Below the pieces are notes generated by a model. It was not told where the DNA came from, made no database searches, and saw nothing but the letters and a program-made list of their open reading frames with translations. A stretch of 64,000 bases of DNA. It comes from Candidatus Latescibacterota bacterium (GTDB taxonomy: Bacteria > Latescibacterota > UBA2968 > UBA8231). A program made the position numbers and the translations under genes. Position 1 is the first letter of the stretch; each line of letters starts with the position of its first letter. Shown here one piece after another: positions 38,709 through 48,286 of this stretch. The stretch is taken from positions 3,264,001 through 3,328,000 of the forward strand of contig CBDETY010000003.1 in NCBI GenBank assembly GCA_965243025.1, written 5' to 3'.

Positions 38709-40165
38709 GTCCGTTTTCCTCGGTCCATAGTCGTCGGCAGTTTTAGGGCAAACGTCGTGCCATCGCCCTGCTTACTCCGGCATTCGATGGTCCCTCGGTG
38801 ATGCTCGACCAGCCGCTTGACGATGGCCAACCCGAGCCCGGTGCCCTTGTCCTTGGTGGTGAAAAAGGGGATAAATGCGCGTTCCGCCGTCTCGGGAGAC
38901 ATTCCCACCCCGGTATCCCGAACCTCGACGCGGATGGCATCGGCGTCCGCATCGACAAAACCTTCGACGGCGATGGTTCCGCCCCGGTCGATTGCTTGCG
39001 CGGCATTCTTGATGAGATTGGTGAACACCCGCTTGAGACGGTCGGCGTCTGCTTCGATGGTGGGCAAGGTGTCCAGGTTCTTCGTTTGAACCTCGATTTC
39101 GGCCCCACGCAACTCCGCATCGAGCAGCGCCAGCACGGAAACGACGGTGTCCGACAAGTCCACCGGCTCGGTCTGCAGCGGCCTCGGACGCGCAAAGTCG
39201 AGGAATTCGCTGACCAGCTGGTTCAACGACTGCACTTCCCCCTCTACTCGTTCAATCAGTTGCTCCGCCTTCGGGTCGGCCGGGATCTGGCGCTTGAGCA
39301 AACCCAGGAAAATCCGCATCCCGTTAAGCGGATTCCGAACTTCATGGGCGAGCCCGGCCGATAGTTGCCGAAGCTCCTCTGTCATGCCAGACACCTGCTG
39401 GTCCCGCTTTTGAATCGCGATGCTCATCTCGTTGAATGTCGTGGCCAGCTCGCCGACTTCGTCCTCGCTGCGCGTTTCAACCTGCGTCCCGAATGCCCCG
39501 GCCTTGATCTGTTGGGTCGCTTGCGAGAGTCTCTCAATCGGCACGACGATTGACCGGGCTAAAAAAATGCTGAGAACGACTGCAAAAACCATACCAACGA
39601 CGCCGATGAGTACCATGTTGCGGCTCATCCCCGCAAGGGTTTCGAGGAACAGCACACTAGCATCTACAGCGAGAATGGCGACGATGGCACCGTCTTCGTC
39701 GCGAATGGGAGCGTAAGCCGACCGGTAAAAAGCATCGTCTTTGCCGTGAAAGGCGACGGAGGCAGCCCCTGTCCCTTCCTTGGCCTCGTCAATATGGATT
39801 CTGTCTTCGCCCAGTGAGCGGTATTGACTGCCGATGGGCACATCGAGGCGGGAATCGACGAGGCTTTTGTATTCAAGGTCGAATACGTACATCGCCTGCG
39901 CCTCCGAAGCATCGCGCATGGACTGCAGCTCCTTTTGCAGCATTCGGTACAACCGCGTGCCTTCTTCGCCCGGCTGGAGTGCGCGCAAGTGGCTTCCGTT
40001 GAGTTGCGCTGCAGAGGTCCTGGCGACCGCCACGAGCCGCTCGCCCATCTCGGCGTCGAGCGCACGCTTTGCCGCGTCGTAAAACAGGTAACTGCCAGCG
40101 GTAAAAACCAGGACCACGAGCAGCGCAATGGTCAGGGTTGTCTTGGTTTGGAGCCGGATCTTCAT
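38705..40165 (-). CDS. Membrane sensor histidine kinase with periplasmic domain and HAMP
   Basis: Two TM segments, HAMP (DEVGELATTFNEM), LAHEVRNPL, NLIKNA, DTGVG, GTGLGLAI; stop overlaps the regulator start. Confidence 0.95.
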   Translation of the reverse strand: MKIRLQTKTTLTIALLVVLVFTAGSYLFYDAAKRALDAEMGERLVAVARTSAAQLNGSHLRALQPGEEGTRLYRMLQKELQSMRDASEAQAMYVFDLEYKSLVDSRLDVPIGSQYRSLGEDRIHIDEAKEGTGAASVAFHGKDDAFYRSAYAPIRDEDGAIVAILAVDASVLFLETLAGMSRNMVLIGVVGMVFAVVLSIFLARSIVVPIERLSQATQQIKAGAFGTQVETRSEDEVGELATTFNEMSIAIQKRDQQVSGMTEELRQLSAGLAHEVRNPLNGMRIFLGLLKRQIPADPKAEQLIERVEGEVQSLNQLVSEFLDFARPRPLQTEPVDLSDTVVSVLALLDAELRGAEIEVQTKNLDTLPTIEADADRLKRVFTNLIKNAAQAIDRGGTIAVEGFVDADADAIRVEVRDTGVGMSPETAERAFIPFFTTKDKGTGLGLAIVKRLVEHHRGTIECRSKQGDGTTFALKLPTTMDRGKRT

Positions 40166-40300
40166 GCCCTTTTCGCACCTACACGCAGTAATAAAGGAAT
40201 ATATCCGCTTTGATTAACAATGGGTCCATGGCGTGGGCGGCTGTGCGGAGCAGCATGACCATTGAGCCTCGCTGAATTTACCGGAAAAACTTCCTTGTCC

Positions 40301-40335
40301 GGCAAATTTCTGCCTCCTCCGACGGGAATTTGCCG
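40301..40335. promoter_or_regulatory. Putative enhancer (UAS) palindromes for a sigma-54 activator
   Basis: GGCAAATTTCTGCC and CGGGAATTTGCCG, 55-90 bp upstream of the -24/-12 element and conserved in the paralogous promoter. Confidence 0.5.
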
Positions 40336-40387
40336 CGTCCGGTCGGGATTCCCCCCAAAACCCCCCTGATTCAGTCCCTTTCCTTTC

Positions 40388-40402
40388 TGGCACGGAGATT
40401 GC
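40388..40402 (+). promoter_or_regulatory. Sigma-54 -24/-12 promoter
   Basis: TGGCAC-GGAGA-TTGC, exact match to TGGCAC-N5-TTGC. Confidence 0.85.
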
Positions 40403-40476
40403 GAAGCGGCATGGCGTCCATGCCACATCGAAATGATGTGGTCTGAACTACCCACTCAAACTCCGAGGAGGATGCC

Positions 40477-41205
40477 ATGAAACTCACCATGAGCTACCCG
40501 ATCGTCGCGGTGCTGGTTCTCGCGCTGGCAGGGATGGTCGGCTGTTCCGATAATCCAGTATCGCCCACAGGCAGGTCTGAGCCGGCCGGAGAGCATGGAG
40601 GCAACGAAGGCGGGGAAGGCAGCGAAAGCCACGCCGGCAGCGAAGGCGGGGGAGGCGAGGGAAGTGAGACCAGCGGCCATGCTGAAGGCCCCGAAGGCGG
40701 CGGCGGAGGCGATCCATCCAGCCCCATCCTCGCCCTCGACGAGTCCTGGGACGGTTTCGTCAACGGCGTGCGCGTGGCCATGTCCTATGACCCGGACAGA
40801 CGCTCGTTCTCCGGCATCGTCGAGAACACGACGGCGCAGACCCTCTGCTCCGTCCAGATCGAACTCAACCTCAAGCAGGGGACGCGCACGGTCGTCGAAC
40901 TGGGGCCCTCTCCGGTCGGCGACCTGGCAGCGGGTGCCAGTGCGACCACCGAACTGTTGGTCGACGACGAGCCGCAGGCCGCGGGAGTAACTTTTGACGC
41001 CTGGGAGATCCATCCGGAGGTGTTTGACTGCAACGGCCCCGGTCCCAATCCTCCAGGTGGCGAGGGGAACGAAATCAGCGGCCATGCCGAAGGTCCGGAG
41101 GGCGGCGGAGGGGGTGAAAGCGGCGGTGAGCACGGGAGTGGTGCAGGGGGTGGCGAAGGCGGGGAAAGCCACGCCGGCCGGGAAGGAGGCGAAGGCGGCG
41201 GTTAG
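40477..41205 (+). CDS. Lipoprotein with one beta-sandwich-like domain flanked by Gly/Glu/His-rich tracts
   Basis: GAGGAGG RBS; lipobox GMVG-C; GIVENTT...ELGP...DLA.G...WEIHPEV; GEHG/ESHAG repeats. Confidence 0.85.
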   Translation: MKLTMSYPIVAVLVLALAGMVGCSDNPVSPTGRSEPAGEHGGNEGGEGSESHAGSEGGGGEGSETSGHAEGPEGGGGGDPSSPILALDESWDGFVNGVRVAMSYDPDRRSFSGIVENTTAQTLCSVQIELNLKQGTRTVVELGPSPVGDLAAGASATTELLVDDEPQAAGVTFDAWEIHPEVFDCNGPGPNPPGGEGNEISGHAEGPEGGGGGESGGEHGSGAGGGEGGESHAGREGGEGGG

Positions 41206-41231
41206 GTGAAATCCCAGATAGCGAAAGCGAG

Positions 41232-41275
41232 AAAAAAGCTGGCCGGTTGTACTTTCAATCGGCCAGCTTTTTTTT
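41232..41275 (+). terminator. Rho-independent terminator (possibly bidirectional)
   Basis: AAAAAAGCTGGCCGGTTG-loop-CAATCGGCCAGC followed by a T run. Confidence 0.85.
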
Positions 41276-42178
41276 GCCTGATACGGCTGGGTCGGATGTT
41301 CAAAAAGCCGGCAATCGGTGGAACGGTCGGGCTTCGGAGAGGGAGACAGAGGAGCCGGTCTCGGGTATCGGAAGAGGACGCAGGAGGCTACGCTTCGAAG
41401 GAGGACAGTCGCGGGTGTTACCCGGAAGATTTCAGGAACTGTGAGCGTCGAGGTATCGCTGGAAGCTGACTCGACCGAGGTCTGGCGGTGAGGGTATCCA
41501 GCAAGCTTGCCGGAATTCTGCAAGAATCGACCTGATGGCACTACTTCCGACGGCAAGAGCTTCGCCGACGTGGAGACCCCTTCATCGTCTGGGGTTTCGA
41601 GCAGGCGGTCGAGGGGTCTGCCTCCGATTCTACCCTGGCATGGTCTTTTGCTGAGACCCGCCGTTTCCGTTTGGAGAGGGAAACACACCGTTTTGCATAG
41701 GCCATAAACGGCTCCTTCCCGCGTTTATCTACGCAAATGGTTTAATACCCGAACGACTTCCGGTAGGCTTCCTTCTGGCTTTTGGACATTCCCCCGATCT
41801 TCCGTCGGCAGTCGGGACACCAAGTAGCCCTGCGGCCTATTGACTGAAACCGAACTCCGCAGGGACACACGTAGTCCCGAGGGGGAGTCACAATCCGGGC
41901 CAAATCACCCTTTCCCGATCCGGGGCGCCTGAGAATTCGGTTTTCATCCTCTCTCTCCCATCGTTGTTCCTTGAAATCCCACCATTCGGAGTCAAATCAC
42001 TTTCTCTCCGACTCGGAAGTTTCCCTGTAAACGGTGCGGAGTCTCCTTTGTGTCCACATCCCACAGCCGCACCGTCTCCTCCCTTGCCCCGGTGGCTACC
42101 ACATGGAACGGCGCGGCTGCGGCTGCTGTTCCGCAGCAGCGGACGACTTCCCTGTTGACGACTTCCTGTTCAGAACCT

Positions 42179-42425
42179 TCAGCCAGCCTGGGAATCGATG
42201 AACTCCACCACTTCTTGTACGCTCTTCAGCTCGGTACAATGCTGGGGGGTAAACGTGACCGTGAATTCCCGGGAGACCAGTCTCGCGAAGGCAACGAGAT
42301 CCGTAGAAGGGAACGCCGGACTCCATGAGGCTGAAGTTCAGATCCTCGGGCAGATCTATCGGCTTGCCATCCACTTCGAGGTTTTCGCTGATGAGATTTC
42401 GGAGACGATCTGCGGTTGCGGACAT
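42179..42425 (-). pseudogene. Acyl carrier protein-like gene with an apparent 1-nt frameshift near 42310
   Basis: MSATADRLRNLISENLEVDG...SLMESGV, then in a shifted frame PSTDLVAFARLVSREFTVTFTPQHCTELKSVQEVVEFIDSQAG-stop; ACP-like size and helix pattern. Confidence 0.65.
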
Positions 42426-42452
42426 GGGTCAATGGATCCTTTCTCAAAGGTA

Positions 42453-42496
42453 AGGTGAGTAATGGTCAATCTGTTAGGTGAGTAATGGTCAATCTG
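42453..42496. repeat. Tandem 21-bp duplication
   Basis: AGGTGAGTAATGGTCAATCTG at 42453-42473 and 42476-42496. Confidence 0.9.
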
Positions 42497-43065
42497 CTAT
42501 CTGAGATAGAGGAGCCGGCTTGTCTGCACCCCTCCGGGGTATTGCAGGCGCGTGATATAGACCCCCGCGGCAACCTCCGAACCCCGCTGGTCGCGGGCAT
42601 CCCAGTGAACCTGGTACACCCCGGTCTCCTGAACCCATCCACCAGCGTGCGCACCGGCTGCCCGAGGACGTTGTAGATCACCAGCCGCACGGACCCGGGG
42701 GAGTGCAGGCGGTAGCGAATCTGCGTGGTGCTGTTGAAGGGGTTGGGCACATTGGGGCCCAGCCCGCTGGCGGATGCCACTGGCTTGGCCGCGGCCAGTG
42801 ATTCGACGCCTGCAATCCTCATGCCGCCGCCCAGCGTCAGTTCCAGGACCTGGCGCCGGTTGCGGTTGAGGGGAATGCTGTCCCACTGTCCGACGACCTC
42901 GCCGTCGGCGTTGCGGGCAGGGGCCTGATAGAAACCACTCCCCTGCCTCCCGCCGTAAATAGTCAGGGACGCCTGGCCGTCGGCATCGGTGACCGCGTTC
43001 CAGGCGAAATCGCGGGAACGGCCGGCGATGGCGGGGGAAAAAAGAAGGGGGACCAGGCTGTTCAT
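42497..43065 (-). pseudogene. Truncated, frameshifted paralog of the C-terminal half of the 30259 gene (unnamed module + FlgD-Ig)
   Basis: FSPAIAGRSRDFAWNAVTDADG...WDSIPLN...LELTLGGGMR...PNVPNPFNST; the tail VHWDARDQRG..AAGVYITRL is in another frame. Confidence 0.75.
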
Positions 43066-43118
43066 CGGCAGTCTGACCGGGCACCCCTGTTAACTGTCAA
43101 CCAAATTAGGAGGATGAG

Positions 43119-43622
43119 ATGGTTGCACTAATGATCCTGGCACTGGTGCTGTGGGGATGCAGCGACAGGGAAGCTTCCCCGATGGCACCCATTGGTAATT
43201 CCCTCTGCGACGGCGGTGAGAGCGGCGACTAACATGGTCGAAGCGGCGAACACGGCAACGAAGGCGGAGAAGGCAGTGAAGGGGGCGGGGAAGAATCCGC
43301 TACTCAATACGCTCGAGCCGACACCTTCGATGAAGTGAGGGCCGGTGCCCGTCTGATCATTTCCTATTTTGAGGATGCGGGGGAATTCAGAGGCACGGTG
43401 GAGAACACCACTGACCGTACTCTGCAGCAGGTTCGGGTTGAAGTCCATCTGTCCAACGGCGTTGAACTTGGACCGACAACGCCCACAGACATGGCTCCTG
43501 GGGAAACCATCGAGGTAGCCCTGTCCGTTTCGGAAAATGACCGCACTTTCTCCACCTATGGAGCCCATCCCGAGGTCGGATCGTCTGGACTGGAGGACAT
43601 GGCCGACGGCGGGGAATGCTGA
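43119..43622 (+). pseudogene. Third Gly/Glu/His-rich lipoprotein paralog, interrupted by in-frame TAA at 43230-43232
   Basis: AGGAGG RBS; MVALMILALVLWG-C lipobox; GGESGD-stop-HGRSGEHG; GTVENTT...VEVHLSNGVELGPTTP...HPEVG. Confidence 0.75.
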
Positions 43623-43624
43623 AA

Positions 43625-43657
43625 AAGAGGGGGCAGGCAATCGTCCTGCCCCCTCTT
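43625..43657 (+). terminator. Hairpin/terminator after the 43119 gene
   Basis: AAGAGGGGGCAGG-caatcgt-CCTGCCCCCTCTT, perfect 13-bp stem. Confidence 0.7.
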
Positions 43658-44198
43658 ACTAATCCAACGCAGGGGATTGCAATGGCTCTCAAGTTGCCCT
43701 CGGCGCGCAGACCTCGTAATTCCGCACACCAGCGACACCCCTCCACCTGCAGTCTCTGAACCTCCCTGGCACACCGATCCGGACTGAGCCCCGGGGAAAA
43801 CGGCCTTTAGACCCCAGGGGATGAGTCCCGATCCCCGCAATCCCTCCTGGCCTGGGCAGCTTCCGATCCACGGTGCCGTTTCCGGGAGTGTATGGCGTGC
43901 TTCCGGTGTCCTGACCCCCTGTTCATTAACCCCGAGATCCGGAATACCGATGCTGATTGGCCGACTTCTCAGCACGTAGTCAAGTGCTGTTGTCAGCCAG
44001 CCTGACGTCCCATCTCCCGGCGAAACAGCCAGGATCCGGGGGTCCTTTTTCTCTCTGGGTTCCTCCAGGTTCACCAGTTTTTTTTCGAAAATCGCGCTTT
44101 CGATCAAGTATTCGCCCGTCGTTTCTCCTGTGGGTGGGCTGGTGTGGGGAGCATGAACCCTGAACCTCGCTGAATTCACCGGGAAAACTTCCTTGTCC

Positions 44199-44212
44199 GG
44201 CAGATTTCTGCC
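44199..44212. promoter_or_regulatory. Putative enhancer (UAS) palindrome
   Basis: GGCAGA-TT-TCTGCC, same position as the 40301 site. Confidence 0.5.
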
Positions 44213-44287
44213 TCTCCTCGGGGGAAATTTGCCGCCCCGTTCCAGATTCTTCCCCAACAGCCCCTCGATCCAGTGCCTTTTCCTGTT

Positions 44288-44303
44288 TGGCACGGAGATT
44301 GCA
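44288..44303 (+). promoter_or_regulatory. Sigma-54 -24/-12 promoter
   Basis: TGGCAC-GGAGA-TTGCA, exact consensus and identical core to 40388. Confidence 0.85.
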
Positions 44304-44374
44304 AAGCGGCAAGGTGTCCATGCCACATCGAAAGATGCGGTCTGAACCACCCACTCAAACTCGGGGAGGATGCC

Positions 44375-46000
44375 ATGAAACTCACCATGAGCAACCCGAT
44401 CGTCGCCGTGCTCGTTGTCGCGCTTACTGGAATGATCGGCTGTTCCGATAATCCAGTAGCGCCCGCAATGTCCGCAGGCCAACCCGCTGAATCAGGCAGG
44501 TCTGAGCCGGCAGGAGAGCATGGGGGCAACGCAGACGGAGAAGGCAGTGAAGGCAGGGAAGGCGGAGCAGCCCGCATAGTCGCCAGCGCAGGCGCCGACG
44601 AAGGCGGTGGTGAAGGCAGCGGAAGCGGCGAAGGCAGCGAAAGCCACGCCGTTAGCGAAAGCGGCGGCGAAGGCGGCGACATAGCTCAGCAACTTGCCCC
44701 CAACCAGCGCTACGACCAGACGCGCAACGGCGCGCGGTTGACCATGGCGTACAGCGGGTATGCGTTCCACGGCACCGTGGAGAATACGACGAACCGGACT
44801 CTGCGCCGGGTGCGGGTGGAAGTGCACCTGTCCGACGCAGCCAACGCGATCACCGCGGAGCTGGGACCCACCCCGCCGACGGACCTGGCGCCGGGTGGGA
44901 CGCTGCCCATCAACCTGTCCGCCGTCGGCCAGAATTTTGCCAGCTGGTCGCCCCATGTGGAGGTCGGCTCCGGCGAGGGCGGAGAGGGCGGCGGCTCCGG
45001 CGAGGGCGGAGAGGGCGGCGGCGAAGGCGGAGGCGGCGAGGGTAACGAGGCCAGCGGCCATGCCGAAGGCCCCGAAGGCGGCGGAGGCGATCCATCCAGC
45101 CCGATCCTCGCCCTCGACGAGTTCTGGGACGGCGTCGTCAACGGCGTGCGCGTGGCCATGTCCTATGACCCGGTCAGGCGCTCGTTCTCCGGCCTCGTCG
45201 AGAACAGGACGGCGCAGACCCTCTGCTCCGTCCAGATCGAACTCAACCTCAAGCAGGGGACGCGCACGGTCGTCGAACTGGGGCCGTCTCCGGTCGGGGA
45301 TCTGGTACCGGGTGGCCGTGCGACCACCGAACTGTTGGTCGACGACGAGCCGCAGGCGGCGGGAGTATCTTTCGACGCCTGGGAGATCCATCCGGAGGTG
45401 TTTGACTGCAACGGCAACGGCCCGGGTTCAGGCGGCGAGGAGAACGAAACCAGCGGCCATGCCGAAGGCCCCGAAGGAAGCGGAGGCGGTGAAAGCGGCG
45501 AAAGCCACGCCGGCAGCGAAGGCGGCGGCGAAGGCGGCGACACAGCTCAGCAACTGGCCCCCGACCAGCGCTACGACCAGACGCGCAACGGCGCGCGGTT
45601 GGTCATGGTGTACAATTCCCGCATGGATGTCTTCTACGGCATCGTGGAGAATACGACCAACCGGACTCTGCGCCGGGTGCGGGTGGAAATTCACCTTTCC
45701 GACGAAGCCAACGGGATCACCGCGGAGTTGGGACCAACCACGCCGACGAGCCTGGCGCCGGGCAGGAGGCTGCTCATCAACCTGTCTGCCGCCGGCCAGA
45801 CCTTTGCCGGCTGGTCGCCCCACGTGGAGGTCGGCTCCGGCGAGGGCGGGGAGGGAGGAGGCGGTGAAAGCGGCGGTGAGCACGGGAGCGGTGCAGGGGG
45901 TGGCGAAGGCGGTGAAAGCGGCGGTGAGCACGGGAGTGGTGCAGGGGGTGGCGAAGGCGGCGAAAGCCACGCCGGCCGGGAAGGAGGCAACGGAGGTTGA
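44375..46000 (+). CDS. Lipoprotein with three homologous beta-sandwich-like domains (A-B-A) separated by Gly/Glu/His-rich linkers
   Basis: GGGGAGG RBS; lipobox GMIG-C; three G.VEN.T...ELGP...LAPG...W..H.EV units; middle unit near-identical to the 40477 protein. Confidence 0.85.
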   Translation: MKLTMSNPIVAVLVVALTGMIGCSDNPVAPAMSAGQPAESGRSEPAGEHGGNADGEGSEGREGGAARIVASAGADEGGGEGSGSGEGSESHAVSESGGEGGDIAQQLAPNQRYDQTRNGARLTMAYSGYAFHGTVENTTNRTLRRVRVEVHLSDAANAITAELGPTPPTDLAPGGTLPINLSAVGQNFASWSPHVEVGSGEGGEGGGSGEGGEGGGEGGGGEGNEASGHAEGPEGGGGDPSSPILALDEFWDGVVNGVRVAMSYDPVRRSFSGLVENRTAQTLCSVQIELNLKQGTRTVVELGPSPVGDLVPGGRATTELLVDDEPQAAGVSFDAWEIHPEVFDCNGNGPGSGGEENETSGHAEGPEGSGGGESGESHAGSEGGGEGGDTAQQLAPDQRYDQTRNGARLVMVYNSRMDVFYGIVENTTNRTLRRVRVEIHLSDEANGITAELGPTTPTSLAPGRRLLINLSAAGQTFAGWSPHVEVGSGEGGEGGGGESGGEHGSGAGGGEGGESGGEHGSGAGGGEGGESHAGREGGNGG

Positions 46001-46077
46001 GGATGCCATGACCAAAGGAGTGGGTGAAATTTACCTAGTGCCAACTCGCCCACTCGACGAGATAGCGAAAGCGAGAG

Positions 46078-46118
46078 CAAAGCTGGCCGGTTGTACATTC
46101 AATCGGCCAGCTTTTTTT
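46078..46118 (+). terminator. Rho-independent terminator, paralogous to 41232-41275
   Basis: AAAAGCTGGCCGGTTG-loop-CAATCGGCCAGC followed by a T run. Confidence 0.85.
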
Positions 46119-47303
46119 GTCTGATGCAGCTGTGTCGGATGTTCGAAAAACCGCATCGGTCCGGGGGAATCCGGGCGATGGGAAGCGGAAACTGGCGTTT
46201 TTTCAGGTAACGGCGCGACACCGAGGAACGGATCTGCCGAAGGCTTTGCGGGACTGCCTCCGCGACCTCGTAGTTCTCCTTGGCGGATGATGTCTTCCTG
46301 GCGAGCGCAGCCGGCACCTCGACCCGCAAGGTCCGAGTCGTCCCGGTACACCGATCCCGACTCTGACACCCCAACGTCGAACAGCTTTCAGACCCAGGGG
46401 ATCAGCCACGGAGATCCTACCCCCCCTTCGACCGTAAACCGTGGCTCCCGATCCACGGTGCAAATCTGGCATGCCTGGGTGATCTGGATAGCCTGTGCCG
46501 TTCACCCGAGATCTGGGAAGCCGATTCAGATCACCTTGTTTCAACACGAATCCTGTGAAGTTTCCAGCCAGCTGACATCCCGATTTCGCCTAGCGGCGTC
46601 TTTCAGCACCCGCACCCACGGGCACCTCGAAACCATTTCCTGAAACTCTCAGGCACACCATCTGAACTGAACCCCCCTCCTCAAGCAGGGGTCCCCTTTC
46701 AGATTCAGGACCAGGTACTGGAGGTTCTCGATTCCGCACCCCCTCTCGATCAGAGCGGAGGCTTTCCGATCCTCCCCCGATTCCGTCAAGCTGATCGCCG
46801 GGCTCGGTAGCAATCGAAGGAGTAGGCTGTTCGGGGCCATGCAACGTTGCACCACCAAAGACCGACGCTTTTTTAAAAATCAGCGACGGAATTCAAGGTG
46901 CCTCCCCGTTCTTCTCCTGGAAACTCTTCAGTTCCTCGCTGATTGCGCTGCAGGGAAGGTTTTCGAACAGCTCCTCCCAGGTGACCCAGCGAAGTTGCAG
47001 CCGCTGAACCCGGTCAGCCACGTTCGAGGGATACCTCCAATCCGGAGGCTCGTCTCGTTTCTCCATGCGGCATAAATCGAGATTCTTGATGAGGTCCCAA
47101 CGATTGGTCTCGTATTCCCGGAATTTGTACTGGTAGAGGCGGGACAACCCGGGTGCAGACCGGAATGCTTTGGGGTTACCAGGGCGACGTATATGCGACT
47201 TGCATACCGGCCAGTCCCCCCCCGGGCATTTGGGCCCGATTCCGTAATCCCCCGGCCCACCGTGCTGGACAATTTCCGGGCCAATCCCCCCGTTTTTGGG
47301 AAA

Positions 47304-47392
47304 TGTCCCCCGATTCGGGGGCAATGTCCCCTGATCAGGGGACAAAAAAAAATCACCTGATCAGGTGACAAGAAATCACCTGATCGGGTGAT
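47304..47392. repeat. Array of four related palindromes (GATC/GATTC-centred)
   Basis: CCCCCGATTCGGGGG (47307-47321), TGTCCCCTGATCAGGGGACA (47325-47344, perfect), TCACCTGATCAGGTGA (47353-47368, perfect), ATCACCTGATCGGGTGAT (47375-47392, one mismatch). Confidence 0.85.
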
Positions 47393-47608
47393 ACCGGAGC
47401 CGACATTCGGAGCGATCTTTGTCCTCAAGATGAACAAGGTCGCTGCCGAAGAAAGGAGGTCATACTTGCAGCCGCCATCATTCCGCAAGAAAGGCCCATT
47501 CTCAACCAAGAAAGGAGGCATGAAGTGGATCTGATTGCCGTGGTGCTGGTAATCGTCGGCGTGGATCTCCTGCGTCGGCGACACCGGCGAATCGAAGGGA
47601 GACTCACC

Positions 47609-48063
47609 ATGACAAGGCTCATGGCAGTCATATCTGGGTCGGCTTCGCGGTTCAGACTCAGGCTCAGCCCGTAGTTACCGCTTCCCCGATGGAACTTCCC
47701 GGGTCGGTGACGGCGGAGTTGACGGATCTTCGCTCGGAAAACGGGAAGTGCTTCACGACGAGCTCCGGTCACAAACTGGCCGTGTTCTTCACTTCCCCGA
47801 TACACGGTTTGGTCGACGGCGAGTGGGAAAACCTTACCCGTGAACAGAGAGAAGAGAAGGCAGCCCTCCAGGCTTGGCCCCCCTATACGACCGGCTCCGG
47901 TAAAGCTCTCCAGGGGGGATATGTGGGTTATCCGATCAATGGAGCAACGCTCGACAAGGAAACTAACGGCTCTATTGATTGGTTTTCGTCCGACCGTAAT
48001 TTCGGAAAATGGAATACGGATAACAGGACATACCGCAGCATCTTCTCCTACTATACCCCCCGG
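47609..48063 (+). pseudogene. 5' fragment of a secreted protein gene, frameshifted in the signal peptide and cut at an IS remnant
   Basis: GAAGGGAG RBS, MTRLMAVI then shifted frame WVGFAVQTQA-QP...ELTDLRSENGKCF...; abuts IS1595-like sequence. Confidence 0.45.
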
Positions 48064-48225
48064 CCAAGCGGGTACTACGTCGGCCGTTTCCGCAGGAACT
48101 ACGCTCGCGGCGACCTTGCCGGATTTTCGGTCCATCATGCCGACAACGATGGTTTTTCCCTCCATCCACCGTTCCCGCAGTCTCTTGTCGGCGTGCTTGT
48201 TGGCCTCCTTTCCGCCGAAATAGCT
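48064..48225 (-). mobile_element. IS1595-family transposase fragment
   Basis: SYFGGKEANKHADKRLRERWMEGKTIVVGMMDRKSGKVAASVV matches the region after the first DDE aspartate of IS1595 transposases. Confidence 0.7.
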
Positions 48226-48286
48226 AGCTGCATTCAGTCCTCCCTTTGTGTGTCCGGGTGCCTGGATGACGGCCGGCTCCCGCCGT

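Noticed and set aside
43230-43232. Stop-codon recoding in the third lipoprotein
   Set aside because: The codon is TAA, which is not used for Sec or Pyl; a point mutation or sequencing error is simpler.
47304-47392. Palindrome array as a CRISPR array
   Set aside because: Units are not identical, linkers are under 10 nt and there are no cas genes in the window.
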